From positions 52,413 through 116,412 of the forward strand of contig JBFMCP010000004.1 of NCBI GenBank assembly GCA_040754455.1: a stretch of DNA of 64,000 nucleotides, read 5' to 3'. The notes below the pieces were generated by a model. That model ran no database searches. It saw only the letters and a program-made list of their open reading frames with translations, and was not told the DNA's origin. This document shows, piece by piece, positions 51,378 to 61,047 of the stretch. The translations under genes and the position numbers were made by a program. Source of the stretch: Nitrospirota bacterium. GTDB taxonomy: Bacteria > Nitrospirota > Thermodesulfovibrionia > Thermodesulfovibrionales > Dissulfurispiraceae. Within the stretch, counting starts at the first letter, position 1; every line of letters starts with the position of its first letter.

Positions 51378-52313
51378 ATGAAGAGCAAGGGATATGTAAT
51401 AGTGGCGCTGATAGGTTTATTTCTTTTGAGCGCAACATCTGCAATGGCCGGAATCCTGGTAAACGCCGACTGGGTGAAGGCGCACATGAATGATCCGAAC
51501 GTCATTATCGTGGATGTCCAGAACAAGCATGACTCTTACGAGAAAGGGCATATTCCCGGTGCGGTAAAAGTAGATCGACATGTGGATCTCGAAGATTACA
51601 CGCGCTATCCTGCAAACAAATACCCGCAGAAAGAGCAGTTTTTACCCCTTATGTCCCGTCTGGGCATAAATAACAAAGCCACTGTCGTTGCGTATGATGA
51701 TTCGCAGGGCATCTTTGCGAGCAGGATGCTCTTCGTGATGGAGCTTTTCGGCCATGACGCCGGCAAACTCAAACTTCTCGACGGCGGCATCAAGGCGTGG
51801 CAGGCAAAAGGCTATTCGCTTACTACGGAAGCCCCCAAAGTCGCTAAAAAGACTGCCTACAAAACGTCTGGCCCTAATAAGAATCTTCTGGTCTCCTGGA
51901 GTGAAGTATACAGGGATGTCGTTCAGCATCAGAACCCCGATGTGGTGCTGCATGATGCGCGACCTGTAGCCGAGTATTCAGGCGAGAAGGTAAGGGCGAT
52001 CCGTGGCGGCCATATCCCAAACGCCATAAATGTCACGGGTGTCGATGCAGCCAACAATAAAGAGAATCATACCTTCAAAGACCCGGAAGAGATAGGCAAA
52101 GCTTTTGAGAATGCCGGGATTACCAAGGACAAGACGATTTATACCTACTGCCATAGCTCTGACAGGGGAGCGCATGCGTATGTCGTACTGAAACACATCC
52201 TCGGCTATAAGAACGTAAAGATCTATGACGGCGCATGGAGCGAATGGGCGGTAATGACCGCTTTGCCTGCCGAGAACGAGAAGTTGGCTGTAGCACAGAC
52301 GCAGGCAAAGTAG
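51378..52313 (+). CDS. Periplasmic tandem-domain rhodanese/sulfurtransferase
   Basis: Sec signal (AMA), GHIPGAV, LDGGIKAW, GGHIPNA, active site YCHSSDR, YDGAWSEW. Confidence 0.92.
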   Translation: MKSKGYVIVALIGLFLLSATSAMAGILVNADWVKAHMNDPNVIIVDVQNKHDSYEKGHIPGAVKVDRHVDLEDYTRYPANKYPQKEQFLPLMSRLGINNKATVVAYDDSQGIFASRMLFVMELFGHDAGKLKLLDGGIKAWQAKGYSLTTEAPKVAKKTAYKTSGPNKNLLVSWSEVYRDVVQHQNPDVVLHDARPVAEYSGEKVRAIRGGHIPNAINVTGVDAANNKENHTFKDPEEIGKAFENAGITKDKTIYTYCHSSDRGAHAYVVLKHILGYKNVKIYDGAWSEWAVMTALPAENEKLAVAQTQAK

Positions 52314-52340
52314 CATACCGCCAACAGGTAACAGCCGGGC

Positions 52341-52379
52341 AAAAAGGAAGGCGGGGCATCAGCACCCGCCTTCCTTTTT
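52341..52379 (+). terminator. Intrinsic terminator
   Basis: AAAAAGGAAGGCGGG-N9-CCCGCCTTCCTTTTT. Confidence 0.88.
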
Positions 52380-52533
52380 GTTTTCCGGCGGATTCCCTCA
52401 CGCCGCGTACGCTGTATCAGAAATCGGCATTCGGTATGCTAGAGCTTGATAAGACAGGGTGGATGAAGATAAGATATAACAAATGGCTGCTGATTGCCTG
52501 GAGGGGCATGATCCGTCGGGCCTAAATGATGTA

Positions 52534-54240
52534 ATGATGCGAAAGCGATTGAACCTACTTTTTATTTTTCTTTCGGTAGCACTGATAGTCCTTTGCCTTC
52601 CACAGCATGCGTTTCCCCAGCAGCAAGATCCCATCAAGATCGGTGTCGCCTCAATGATCACACCTGTTGATACAGTAAAGTACTATCAGGAGATCATCGA
52701 CTACATTGGCGAACAGATTAAACAGCCGGTACAGATGGTGCACCGCCGGACATACGGGGAAATGGACACGCTCCTCGAGGGGGGTGAGGTTGAAGTTGCC
52801 TTTATCTGTTCCGCACCTTACGTGAAGAACAGGGAAAAGTTCGGGGTGGAGCTCCTGGTAGCACCGAGTGTCAACGGCAAGGCAGCCTATCATTCCTATA
52901 TAATCGTCCATAAAGGCAGCTCTCTGCGCTCATTCGCTGAGCTCAAAGGGAAGACCTTTGCCTTTACCGATCCGAAATCCAACTCCGGATACCTTTACCC
53001 CTCCTACCTGTTGAAAACAATGGGGGTGGCCCCTGAAAAGTTTTTCAAGAAGTACAGCTACAGCTACAGCCATAACAAATCCGTCGAGCTTGTTGCAAAG
53101 AGGCTGGTCGATGCAGCTGCGGTCGACAGTCTCGTTTATGACTATATGCTGAAAAAGAAATCTCCTTATGCACAGCAAGTAAGGATCATCAAGCGCTCTC
53201 CTCCCTACGGCATCCCGCCTGTTGTCGTTTCAAGAGGCTTCGATCCTGCATTGAAAGAGAAGATACGAACTGTCCTGCTGAACATGCACAAAACGCAAAA
53301 AGGCAAGGCCATTCTCGATGCAATGATGATCGATAGCTTCGTGCAGATAGCGGATACCGCCTACGATTCGATCAGGAAGATGGAGGGGGCGCTCACCGCT
53401 GGGATGAATGATGCACACACGGTAAGGGGCGGCCGGATGGTCCGTTTCGGGGTGATCCCGAGGGACAACCCGCGCATCCTCTATGAAAAGTACCAGCCTC
53501 TCCTCGATTATCTCTCGGCAACTACGCCCTATACCTATGAACTCGTTCTCAAGAAAAACTATGAGGAGACAGTGCGGGGGCTCGGTAACGGGGAGATCGA
53601 TGTGGCCCTGCTCGGCCCGCTCACGTATCTCGAAGCCCGTGCAAGGTACGGCGTTATCTGTATCCTGAAGCCAAGGGGAAGAGACGGCAGCGCAACGTAT
53701 AAGAGCATCATCGTCACGAAAAAGGACGCCGACATAGCTGCCATCTCCGAACTGAAGGGCAAACGGGTTGCCTTTGCCGCTATGAAGTCAACATCGGGCA
53801 ATCTCATCCCCCGCTATCTTCTTGCGAATTCGGGAATACACCTGAAGGATCTCGATCGGTATGCCAATTTCGACTACCACGACTCCGTGGTCAAGGCGAT
53901 CCTGAAAGGGCAATATGATGCGGGATCGGTGAGGGATTCGGTTGCGCAGAAGTACGCGAAGCTCGGCATTAGAGCGATAGCCGAATCAGAGACTGTTCCG
54001 ACGGGACCTCTTGTCGCCAGCCCGAAGACATCGTCCTCCGTACAGGAGGACATCAAAAAAGCGCTGCTCGGACTCAATGCCGACGACAACAGATATAGAA
54101 CCATTACAAGTAAACTCGATGAAGACCTCAGGAACGGATTTATAGGGGCCTCGGACAGCGATTATGTGCGCATCCGTGAGCAGATCAACGCAGTCCCCCA
54201 GACCTGCGGCAGGGGTTGTCATCCGAAACTGCGCTTATGA
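52534..54240 (+). CDS. Tandem two-domain PhnD-fold periplasmic sensor protein (AioX/ArrX-like)
   Basis: Two repeats (KGKTFAFTDPKSNSG and KGKRVAFAAMKSTSG); FICSAPY in domain 1; C-terminal CGRGCH. Confidence 0.85.
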   Translation: MMRKRLNLLFIFLSVALIVLCLPQHAFPQQQDPIKIGVASMITPVDTVKYYQEIIDYIGEQIKQPVQMVHRRTYGEMDTLLEGGEVEVAFICSAPYVKNREKFGVELLVAPSVNGKAAYHSYIIVHKGSSLRSFAELKGKTFAFTDPKSNSGYLYPSYLLKTMGVAPEKFFKKYSYSYSHNKSVELVAKRLVDAAAVDSLVYDYMLKKKSPYAQQVRIIKRSPPYGIPPVVVSRGFDPALKEKIRTVLLNMHKTQKGKAILDAMMIDSFVQIADTAYDSIRKMEGALTAGMNDAHTVRGGRMVRFGVIPRDNPRILYEKYQPLLDYLSATTPYTYELVLKKNYEETVRGLGNGEIDVALLGPLTYLEARARYGVICILKPRGRDGSATYKSIIVTKKDADIAAISELKGKRVAFAAMKSTSGNLIPRYLLANSGIHLKDLDRYANFDYHDSVVKAILKGQYDAGSVRDSVAQKYAKLGIRAIAESETVPTGPLVASPKTSSSVQEDIKKALLGLNADDNRYRTITSKLDEDLRNGFIGASDSDYVRIREQINAVPQTCGRGCHPKLRL

Positions 54241-55739
54241 GCACGATCGTTACTGCTGCCAAAAACATCGGGAGCACCTTCGGGCGCCGCCTTGCCCGGC
54301 TGAGCCTCCAGTCGAAGTTCATTCTGATTACCGCATTGGCGATCATCCTGTTCATGGCCGTTATAGGGTACGTGGCGGTTGAGAGAGAAAAATACCTCAT
54401 GTATGCCGAGATCGAAAAGAAGGGACGGGTGCTCGGCGAGACCCTCGCTATTCCCATAATCAACGATCTCATCTATGAAAAGTTGGGGCTTGTCGAAGAG
54501 GGCGGACTGATCGACAACTACATTATGGAGATATTCAGCCGGAAGGATGTGGACCTGCTGTATATCACGATCCTCGATGAAGAGGGGAAAGTTATCTCCC
54601 ATAACAACATTACCGAATACGGCAAACTTTATACCGATGAGCTCACCAGGAAGGCATTACAGGCAAGCAGGACCGTTGTCCAGCAGTTTTCCGTAAAGGG
54701 CCATGATGCTCTGGATTTCGGCGTTCCCCTTTCGATCGGTAATAAGCGATGGGGCACGCTCAAGTTCGGACTTTCCCTTGAGGCGGTCGAGCAGGAAATC
54801 GCCGGTATGGTGAAGAATATCATCATATTCACACTCGTTCTCATCGGGATCGGCTTCATCATTATTCTTCTTTTGAGCAGGCGCTTTATAAAGCCCATCA
54901 CCTCTCTTGCGAGCACGATGGAGAAGACGGACGCTGATTTGCTTGATGCAAAAGTGAAAATAAAGGGACATGACGAGCTCGCCATGCTCGGCGAGCGGTT
55001 CAACAGCATGATCGATCGTATAAAGCAGGCGAACGAGGAACTCAAAAAAGCCCATGAGAAGATGATTCAGTCCGAAAAGCTCGCCTCCATCGGTATTCTC
55101 GCCTCGGGAGTCGCCCATGAGATCAACAACCCTCTCGGCGGGCTGTTCAATTGCCTCCGTATGCTCAGGCAGAATGATGACCCGGCATTCAGGGAAAAGT
55201 ACCTGGGCCTTATCAATGAAGGGCTCGAGAGAATAGAAAACACGGTGAATAAACTGCTCTGGATGTCGCGGAAGGCGGAGCATATCCCCGTTGATGTTAA
55301 CGTAAAAAACGCAGTGGAGAGCGTTTATTCCTTTATTGAATACAGACTTAAAAAAGGCCGGATTGCGTTTGCCAATGAGGTGCCCGCCGACCTGCGTTTC
55401 CAGTTCGATATGCACGATTTGCAGCAGCTGCTGCTCAATCTCTTCATCAACGCCGTCCACGCCATGGATCAGGGAGGCACTCTCAGGGTCAGGGGCTCCA
55501 GAGATAATGGAACAGTGAGGATAAAGGTTATCGATAACGGGTGCGGTATTGCCCAGGAGCATATCGGCAGGATATTCGATCCATTCTTCACGACCAAAGC
55601 TCCCGGCGAGGGGACAGGACTCGGTCTCTGGTTGACCTATGAGATTGTAAGAAACTACAATGGAGAAATTTCCGTTGAAAGCGAAAGGGGGAAAGGCAGT
55701 ACATTTACGATAAGTATTCCGGTGCAACAGTCACTATGA
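54237..55739 (+). CDS. HAMP sensor histidine kinase (ArrS-like by position)
   Basis: Two TMs, [16 protein letters not shown] overlap with the upstream gene. Confidence 0.9.
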   Translation: MSTIVTAAKNIGSTFGRRLARLSLQSKFILITALAIILFMAVIGYVAVEREKYLMYAEIEKKGRVLGETLAIPIINDLIYEKLGLVEEGGLIDNYIMEIFSRKDVDLLYITILDEEGKVISHNNITEYGKLYTDELTRKALQASRTVVQQFSVKGHDALDFGVPLSIGNKRWGTLKFGLSLEAVEQEIAGMVKNIIIFTLVLIGIGFIIILLLSRRFIKPITSLASTMEKTDADLLDAKVKIKGHDELAMLGERFNSMIDRIKQANEELKKAHEKMIQSEKLASIGILASGVAHEINNPLGGLFNCLRMLRQNDDPAFREKYLGLINEGLERIENTVNKLLWMSRKAEHIPVDVNVKNAVESVYSFIEYRLKKGRIAFANEVPADLRFQFDMHDLQQLLLNLFINAVHAMDQGGTLRVRGSRDNGTVRIKVIDNGCGIAQEHIGRIFDPFFTTKAPGEGTGLGLWLTYEIVRNYNGEISVESERGKGSTFTISIPVQQSL

Positions 55740-57073
55740 AAGAGACCATACTTATCATTGAAGATGACAAGCTGATGAGGGTGACCCTTGAGGATGCCCT
55801 GATGGCAGAGGGCTATGAGGTCCTGTCCTTTGATTCGGGGACAGCGGCACTGGATGCCCTTAAAGGCTCTCCTTGCAATATTATTGTTACCGATGTCAGG
55901 CTTCCCGATATCGATGGTCTCGATGTCCTCAGGGAGGTTGCTGCAACGAGTAATGCTCAGGTTATTGTTATGACTGCCTTCGGCTCCATCAAAGATGCCG
56001 TAGAAGCAATGAAGCTCGGCGCCTTTGATTACATAACAAAACCATTTTCCCTCGATGAATTTCTCCTCCTTATCGAACGGGCGCTGGAAGTGCAGCGACT
56101 CAGAGAAGAGAACATCAGGCTGAAAAAAGACCTCAGCCGTTGCTACTGCTCTCCCAACATCATCGGTGAAAGCGAAACAATGAAGAAGGTCTTTTCCTTG
56201 GTCGACAGGGTTTCGGCTTCGGAGTCGACCGTGCTCATCCTCGGCGAGAGCGGGACGGGCAAGGAGCTCGTTGCCACGACGATCCATTACCAGAGCAAGC
56301 GGAAAGACAAGCCTCTGATCAAAGTGAACTGTGCGGCGCTCCCGGAGAGTCTCATTGAAAGCGAATTGTTCGGCCATGAGAAGGGGGCATTTACCGGAGC
56401 GATCAAAAGAAAACCCGGCAGGTTCGAGCTCGCCGGCGGCGGCACCATTTTCCTTGATGAGATCGGAGACCTTCCGTCTGCTGCGCAATCCAAGCTCTTG
56501 AGGGTATTACAGGAAAAGTCGGTCGAAAGGATCGGCGGTACCGAAACAATCACCGTGGACGTGAGAGTCATTGCGGCGACGAATAAAAATCTTGAGGAAG
56601 AGGTGAAGAGCGGGCGCTTCAGGGAGGACCTCTATTACCGACTCAATGTGATACCCATAACTATTCCTCCGTTGCGGGAGCGGAGGGAAGATATTCCCCA
56701 CCTTATTGATCATTTTATGAACAAATGCAAAAGCAAGCGGCAGGGTGCCGTCCGTTTTTCAAAAGAGGCGCTCGATACGCTCATGAACTATGATTATCCG
56801 GGCAATGTGCGAGAACTGGAGAATATTCTGGAGCGATGCGTTACCCTGTCTGCTTCCGATACCATCAGGAGGGAAGACCTGCCCGCCTCTCTTTTGAAGG
56901 ATGCTCACCTCCGGAAGCATCTTACTCTTTCAGATGTAACTGCCGAAGCTGAAAAGGAGCACATCAGCAGGGTATTGAAGGAAGCGGGAGGAAATAAAAC
57001 CAAAGCATCCGAAATGCTCGGCATCAGCAGAAAGACCCTCTGGGAAAAAATGAACGCATACGGGATGAGTTAA
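55736..57073 (+). CDS. Sigma54-dependent response regulator (ArrR-like by position)
   Basis: REC, GAFTGA, HTH; upstream of arrA. Confidence 0.92.
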   Translation: MKETILIIEDDKLMRVTLEDALMAEGYEVLSFDSGTAALDALKGSPCNIIVTDVRLPDIDGLDVLREVAATSNAQVIVMTAFGSIKDAVEAMKLGAFDYITKPFSLDEFLLLIERALEVQRLREENIRLKKDLSRCYCSPNIIGESETMKKVFSLVDRVSASESTVLILGESGTGKELVATTIHYQSKRKDKPLIKVNCAALPESLIESELFGHEKGAFTGAIKRKPGRFELAGGGTIFLDEIGDLPSAAQSKLLRVLQEKSVERIGGTETITVDVRVIAATNKNLEEEVKSGRFREDLYYRLNVIPITIPPLRERREDIPHLIDHFMNKCKSKRQGAVRFSKEALDTLMNYDYPGNVRELENILERCVTLSASDTIRREDLPASLLKDAHLRKHLTLSDVTAEAEKEHISRVLKEAGGNKTKASEMLGISRKTLWEKMNAYGMS

Positions 57074-57191
57074 TAAAGAATTATCCCCTCTGTTGGTGAT
57101 GCACTTCGATTTAAAATATGCTTGATTACGCCTTTTTATGTGCCTGCCGGCGCACTTTTTTCTACACTTGCCTTATTACGATTAGCCAAAC

Positions 57192-57300
57192 TGTTACCTT
57201 TTTGTAACAATCCGGTTTTGCCTCGACCCAACTTGCTTGTCTTTGAAAGATAAAGACAAAATGTATTCGCTGCGATGGTGGGTGTTACGTTTTGGTAACA
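57192..57300. promoter_or_regulatory. Two TGTTAC-N6-GTAACA palindromes, putative activator sites
   Basis: 57192-57209 and 57283-57300. Confidence 0.75.
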
Positions 57301-57341
57301 GTCTGGCTTCTTAAAGTCCAATGATATCAAAAGGTTAATTA

Positions 57342-57357
57342 GGGCATGAATATTGTT
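57342..57357 (+). promoter_or_regulatory. Candidate non-canonical sigma54 promoter
   Basis: GGGCATGAATATTGTT, GG-N10-GT instead of GC. Confidence 0.45.
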
Positions 57358-57401
57358 TAAGTTTTCTGAGGTTATTTCGATCTTATCTGAAGGGGGATTA
57401 T

Positions 57402-57572
57402 GTGTTCGGATTAGGCGTCACCGAGATCATACTTATCAGTGCTATTGCTCTTATTTTCTTTGGGCCGTCAGGACTTCCTCAATTGGGCAAAAACATAGGT
57501 AGTGCATTAAGGAATTTCAGGGGTGCCCTTTCCAGGGAAGAGGGAAGCGAGAAAAAAAGAGTGGAGTTGTAG
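57402..57572 (+). CDS. tatA: Twin-arginine translocase subunit TatA (56 aa, missing from the ORF track)
   Basis: Manual translation MFGLGVTEIILISAIALIFFGPSGLPQLGKNIGSALRNFRGALS...; GTG start after AGGGGG. Confidence 0.88.
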   Translation: MFGLGVTEIILISAIALIFFGPSGLPQLGKNIGSALRNFRGALSREEGSEKKRVEL

Positions 57573-57628
57573 GTCGGGCATGTTATGAAGCGATGTTTGT
57601 ATCTCATTATTAATCAAGATCGGAGGGA

Positions 57629-60172
57629 ATGATGAAGATTAAGAGAAGGGATTTTCTCAAGGCGAGCGCTGCCATTGGAGCAGCTGCTGCTGTAAGCACG
57701 CCGACGTTGAACGCCTTTGCAAAGTCTCACGAGGGTAAAGGGCCGGTGGGTGAAGAGCCGGGCAAGTGGATACCATCAACCTGCCAGGGATGTACGACGT
57801 GGTGCCCGGTTGAGATTTTTGTACAGAACGGCAGGGCGGTGAAGGTGAGAGGCAACCGCTATTCCAAGCAGAATGACGGCTATGTATGTCCGAGAGGGCA
57901 TCTTTCATTGCAACAGGTATATGATCCCGATAGGGTAAAGGTCCCGATGAAGAGGACGAACCCCAAAAAGGGCAGAGGTGTTGATCCCAAATTCGTTCCT
58001 ATCACTTGGGATGAGGCGCTGAACACCATCGCCGACAAGATGATGGAGTTGAGGAAAAACGGCGAACCTGAAAAATTCATGCTCATGCGCGGAAGATACT
58101 CTTATATGAGGGATGTCATCTATGATGTAATGCCCAAGATATACGGTACGCCGAACAATATTTCGCACAGCTCCATCTGTGCTGAAGCGGAGAACTTCGG
58201 CGCATATTATACCGAGGGAATGTGGGGATACCGGGACTACGATGTGTCCAACACCAAATATCTCGTGATCTGGGGATGCGACCCTACCAATTCCAACAGA
58301 ATGGTTCCTGCCTTTATAAAAAGATACGGCGATGCTCTTGATAATGCTACTGTTGTTGTCGTCGACCCCCGTCAGCAGACCACGGCATCCAAGGCGCATG
58401 AGTGGCTGCCGATATTGCCGGGTCAGGACGGCGCCCTCGCTACGGCCCTTGCCCATGTAATCCTTACGGAAGGTCTCTGGAACAAGGAGTTTGTCGGCGA
58501 CTTCAAGGACGGCAAGAATCTTTTCAAAGCAGGACAGACTGTTGACGAGGCTGCTTTTGCCGAGAAAGAGACCTATGGTCTTGTGAAGTGGTGGAATATC
58601 GAACTCAAGGACAGGACTCCCGAGTGGGCTGCCCCGCTTACAGGTATCCCGAAAAAGCAGATCATCAAGGTTGCAAAAGGCATGGGTAAGGCAGCACCCC
58701 ATGTTATCGTATGGCTCGGCCCCGGAGCATGTATGCAGGTAAGAGGCGCTTACAGCGCAACGGCAATCCATGCGCTTAACGGGCTCCTCGGCGCCGTGGA
58801 TAATGTGGGCGGCACTCTCGGCGGCGCAAAGCAGGCTGCCAACAAGATGCCTCATATCGACAAGTACTTAGATGAGGTTGCGAAAAAACACGGCAAGATG
58901 AAAAAGATAGACCAGAGGGGATCGAAGGGATATCCAGCCATTAAAGAGGGCAAATCCGGAGGAAATGTGGTAACCAATAACACTGCCACCGGCATGCTGA
59001 ACAAAGACCCCTATGAGATCAAGATGGCAATCGGATATATGAACAATTTCACCTTCTCCTGCACCGGCGCCCAGAGATGGGAAAAGGCGATGGAACAGTT
59101 ACCTTTCTATGTTCATATCACCACAAATGTTTCCGAGATGACGCAGTATGCCGATATCGTCCTTCCCGCAAGGATTACCATGTATGAGAAATGGGCATTT
59201 GTAAAGCAGAAACAGAACAGGTATGCCCATGTATCACTCATACAGCCTGTTGTCGAGCCGATGTGGGACGTAAAGCATGACGAGACGGAAATACCTTTCC
59301 TGATCGCCGAAAAGCTGAAAGAGAGAGGCTTCTCCAATCTGTATGACTGTCTTGTCAATGAATTCAAAGACCCTGAGACCGGACTTCCCCCGAGGACAGG
59401 GAAAGAGTTTGCCCTCTATGCGGTTAAATATTACACATATCCTGTGTGGGGCAAGGAAGATGGAGCCAAGCTTGGAGATAAGATCAATGGTTGGGAGGAT
59501 TACCGCAATCGAGGCGTCTGGAATTCAAAGCCGTATGAGTACAAACACCGATGGGGAGGTAAGTTCCATACCGAGACCAAAAAGTTTGAGTTCTACGGCG
59601 AAACCCTCAAGAAAGCGCTCAAAGGCCATGCGGAAAAACACAAGACCGATGTGGACGATATTCTTAAGACCTGTAACTATACAGCAAAGGGAGAGCTCGC
59701 CTTTGTGCCGCATTATGAGCCTCCTTACAGGTTCGGCGATGTGAAGGAGTATCCGTTCACCTTCATTGATTACAAATCAAGGCTCAACAGGGAGGGCAGA
59801 AGTCAGAACTCACCGTGGTACTATGAATTCCATAAGGTCAACTTCGGCGATGAGAGCCATGAAGACCTTCTCCAGATCAATCCTGCAGACGCCTCAAAGC
59901 TTGGCATCAAGAATGGTGATATGGTCAAGATAACCACGGTAACCGGCAGCTATAAGCTGAAAGCGAAGCTATGGGAAGGCATCCGTCCGGGCACGGTAGC
60001 CAAGTGCTACGGCCAGGGTCACTGGGCATATGGAAAGGTCGCTGCAAAGGAATTCGGCAAGACACCGAGGGGTGTCAACAATAATGAAATCATGCCCTTC
60101 GAGGTTGAGCGTCTGAGCGGCGGCAATGTGAGAAACGGCGGATTCACCGGCGTTAAGATTGAGAAGGCGTAA
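57629..60172 (+). CDS. arrA: Respiratory arsenate reductase catalytic Mo-bisPGD subunit
   Basis: Tat signal KRRDFLK, CQGCTTWC Fe-S motif, RGRY motif, ISHSSICAEAE, KSRLNREGRS, GQGHWAYG. Confidence 0.93.
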   Translation: MMKIKRRDFLKASAAIGAAAAVSTPTLNAFAKSHEGKGPVGEEPGKWIPSTCQGCTTWCPVEIFVQNGRAVKVRGNRYSKQNDGYVCPRGHLSLQQVYDPDRVKVPMKRTNPKKGRGVDPKFVPITWDEALNTIADKMMELRKNGEPEKFMLMRGRYSYMRDVIYDVMPKIYGTPNNISHSSICAEAENFGAYYTEGMWGYRDYDVSNTKYLVIWGCDPTNSNRMVPAFIKRYGDALDNATVVVVDPRQQTTASKAHEWLPILPGQDGALATALAHVILTEGLWNKEFVGDFKDGKNLFKAGQTVDEAAFAEKETYGLVKWWNIELKDRTPEWAAPLTGIPKKQIIKVAKGMGKAAPHVIVWLGPGACMQVRGAYSATAIHALNGLLGAVDNVGGTLGGAKQAANKMPHIDKYLDEVAKKHGKMKKIDQRGSKGYPAIKEGKSGGNVVTNNTATGMLNKDPYEIKMAIGYMNNFTFSCTGAQRWEKAMEQLPFYVHITTNVSEMTQYADIVLPARITMYEKWAFVKQKQNRYAHVSLIQPVVEPMWDVKHDETEIPFLIAEKLKERGFSNLYDCLVNEFKDPETGLPPRTGKEFALYAVKYYTYPVWGKEDGAKLGDKINGWEDYRNRGVWNSKPYEYKHRWGGKFHTETKKFEFYGETLKKALKGHAEKHKTDVDDILKTCNYTAKGELAFVPHYEPPYRFGDVKEYPFTFIDYKSRLNREGRSQNSPWYYEFHKVNFGDESHEDLLQINPADASKLGIKNGDMVKITTVTGSYKLKAKLWEGIRPGTVAKCYGQGHWAYGKVAAKEFGKTPRGVNNNEIMPFEVERLSGGNVRNGGFTGVKIEKA

Positions 60173-60191
60173 GGAAAGGAGGAGACGATAG

Positions 60192-60986
60192 ATGCCTAAA
60201 TACGGAATGGTCATAGATTTGCAGAAATGTGTCGGCTGCGGCGCCTGTGCGCTCGCGTGCAAGACAGAGAACAACACGCAGGACAGGGCTGACGGTCAGA
60301 CCTTCAACTGGGCTGATTTTATAATGAAAGCAGAGGGAAAGTTCCCGAATATGAAGTTCACGCCGATACCTACACTCTGCAATCACTGTACGGATGCGCC
60401 GTGCGTAAAAGCATGTCCGGTAACCCCCAAGGCGATGTTCAAGACTGCTGACGGTATTACTATGCATAACGATGAGCGCTGCATCGGCTGTCAGAACTGT
60501 CAGAGGGCGTGTCCCTACAGTACCACGGATGTGGAGAAGGACAAAGCCGCATATAGTGTAATCAGCTTCAACGCTCACGGCGGTACGGTCCACCCGTTTT
60601 ATAAGGACGACAAATCAATCATCCCCGGCTGCACCTCTTCGGGCGCTGAAGTATCCAAAAAGGCCGGCGATATCCCTCCGCACCGTACTCTCTATAAGCA
60701 CCCCGAGTACGAGAGCGTGAGGAGGAGCGGCATATCGGAAAAGTGCATATTCTGCGAGCACAGGTTAAAGAAAGGCGAACTGCCGTACTGTGTGGTCTCA
60801 TGCCCGGCAGGGGCAAGGATTTTCGGAGATCTTTCAGACCCGGACAGCGAACCGAGCAAGGCCCTTAAAGCACACAAGGCTGTTCAGCTTAAAAACAACA
60901 AAGGTGATTTTTTGAAGCCCGGCGAGAAAGGCACGCAGCCTAATGTGTACTACATCCGGAGCTTCAGAGCAGCAGCGAAGAAATAA
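60192..60986 (+). CDS. arrB: Arsenate reductase Fe-S subunit
   Basis: MVIDLQKCVGCGAC..ACKTEN, CNHCTDAPCV.ACP, CIGCQNC..CPY, KCIFC..PYCVVSCP. Confidence 0.92.
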   Translation: MPKYGMVIDLQKCVGCGACALACKTENNTQDRADGQTFNWADFIMKAEGKFPNMKFTPIPTLCNHCTDAPCVKACPVTPKAMFKTADGITMHNDERCIGCQNCQRACPYSTTDVEKDKAAYSVISFNAHGGTVHPFYKDDKSIIPGCTSSGAEVSKKAGDIPPHRTLYKHPEYESVRRSGISEKCIFCEHRLKKGELPYCVVSCPAGARIFGDLSDPDSEPSKALKAHKAVQLKNNKGDFLKPGEKGTQPNVYYIRSFRAAAKK

Positions 60987-60996
60987 CATGCTTTGC

Positions 60997-61023
60997 CCGG
61001 GGAGGGGGTGCCCCCCTCCCCGG
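60997..61023 (+). other. GC-rich hairpin without a U-tract (possible mRNA stabiliser or attenuator)
   Basis: CCGGGGAGGGGG-tgc-CCCCCTCCCCGG after arrB. Confidence 0.6.
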
Positions 61024-61047
61024 CCTCAACACTAAGGGTGAAAGGAT

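Noticed and set aside
41584..52313. Selenocysteine recoding in the thiol/sulfur proteins
   Set aside because: All expected catalytic positions are ordinary Cys codons; no in-frame TGA truncation seen.
57629..60172. ArxA, AioA or polysulfide reductase identity
   Set aside because: Has RGRY rather than the ArxA GRGWG motif, no Rieske subunit gene, and ArrA-type CQGC and HSSICAE motifs.
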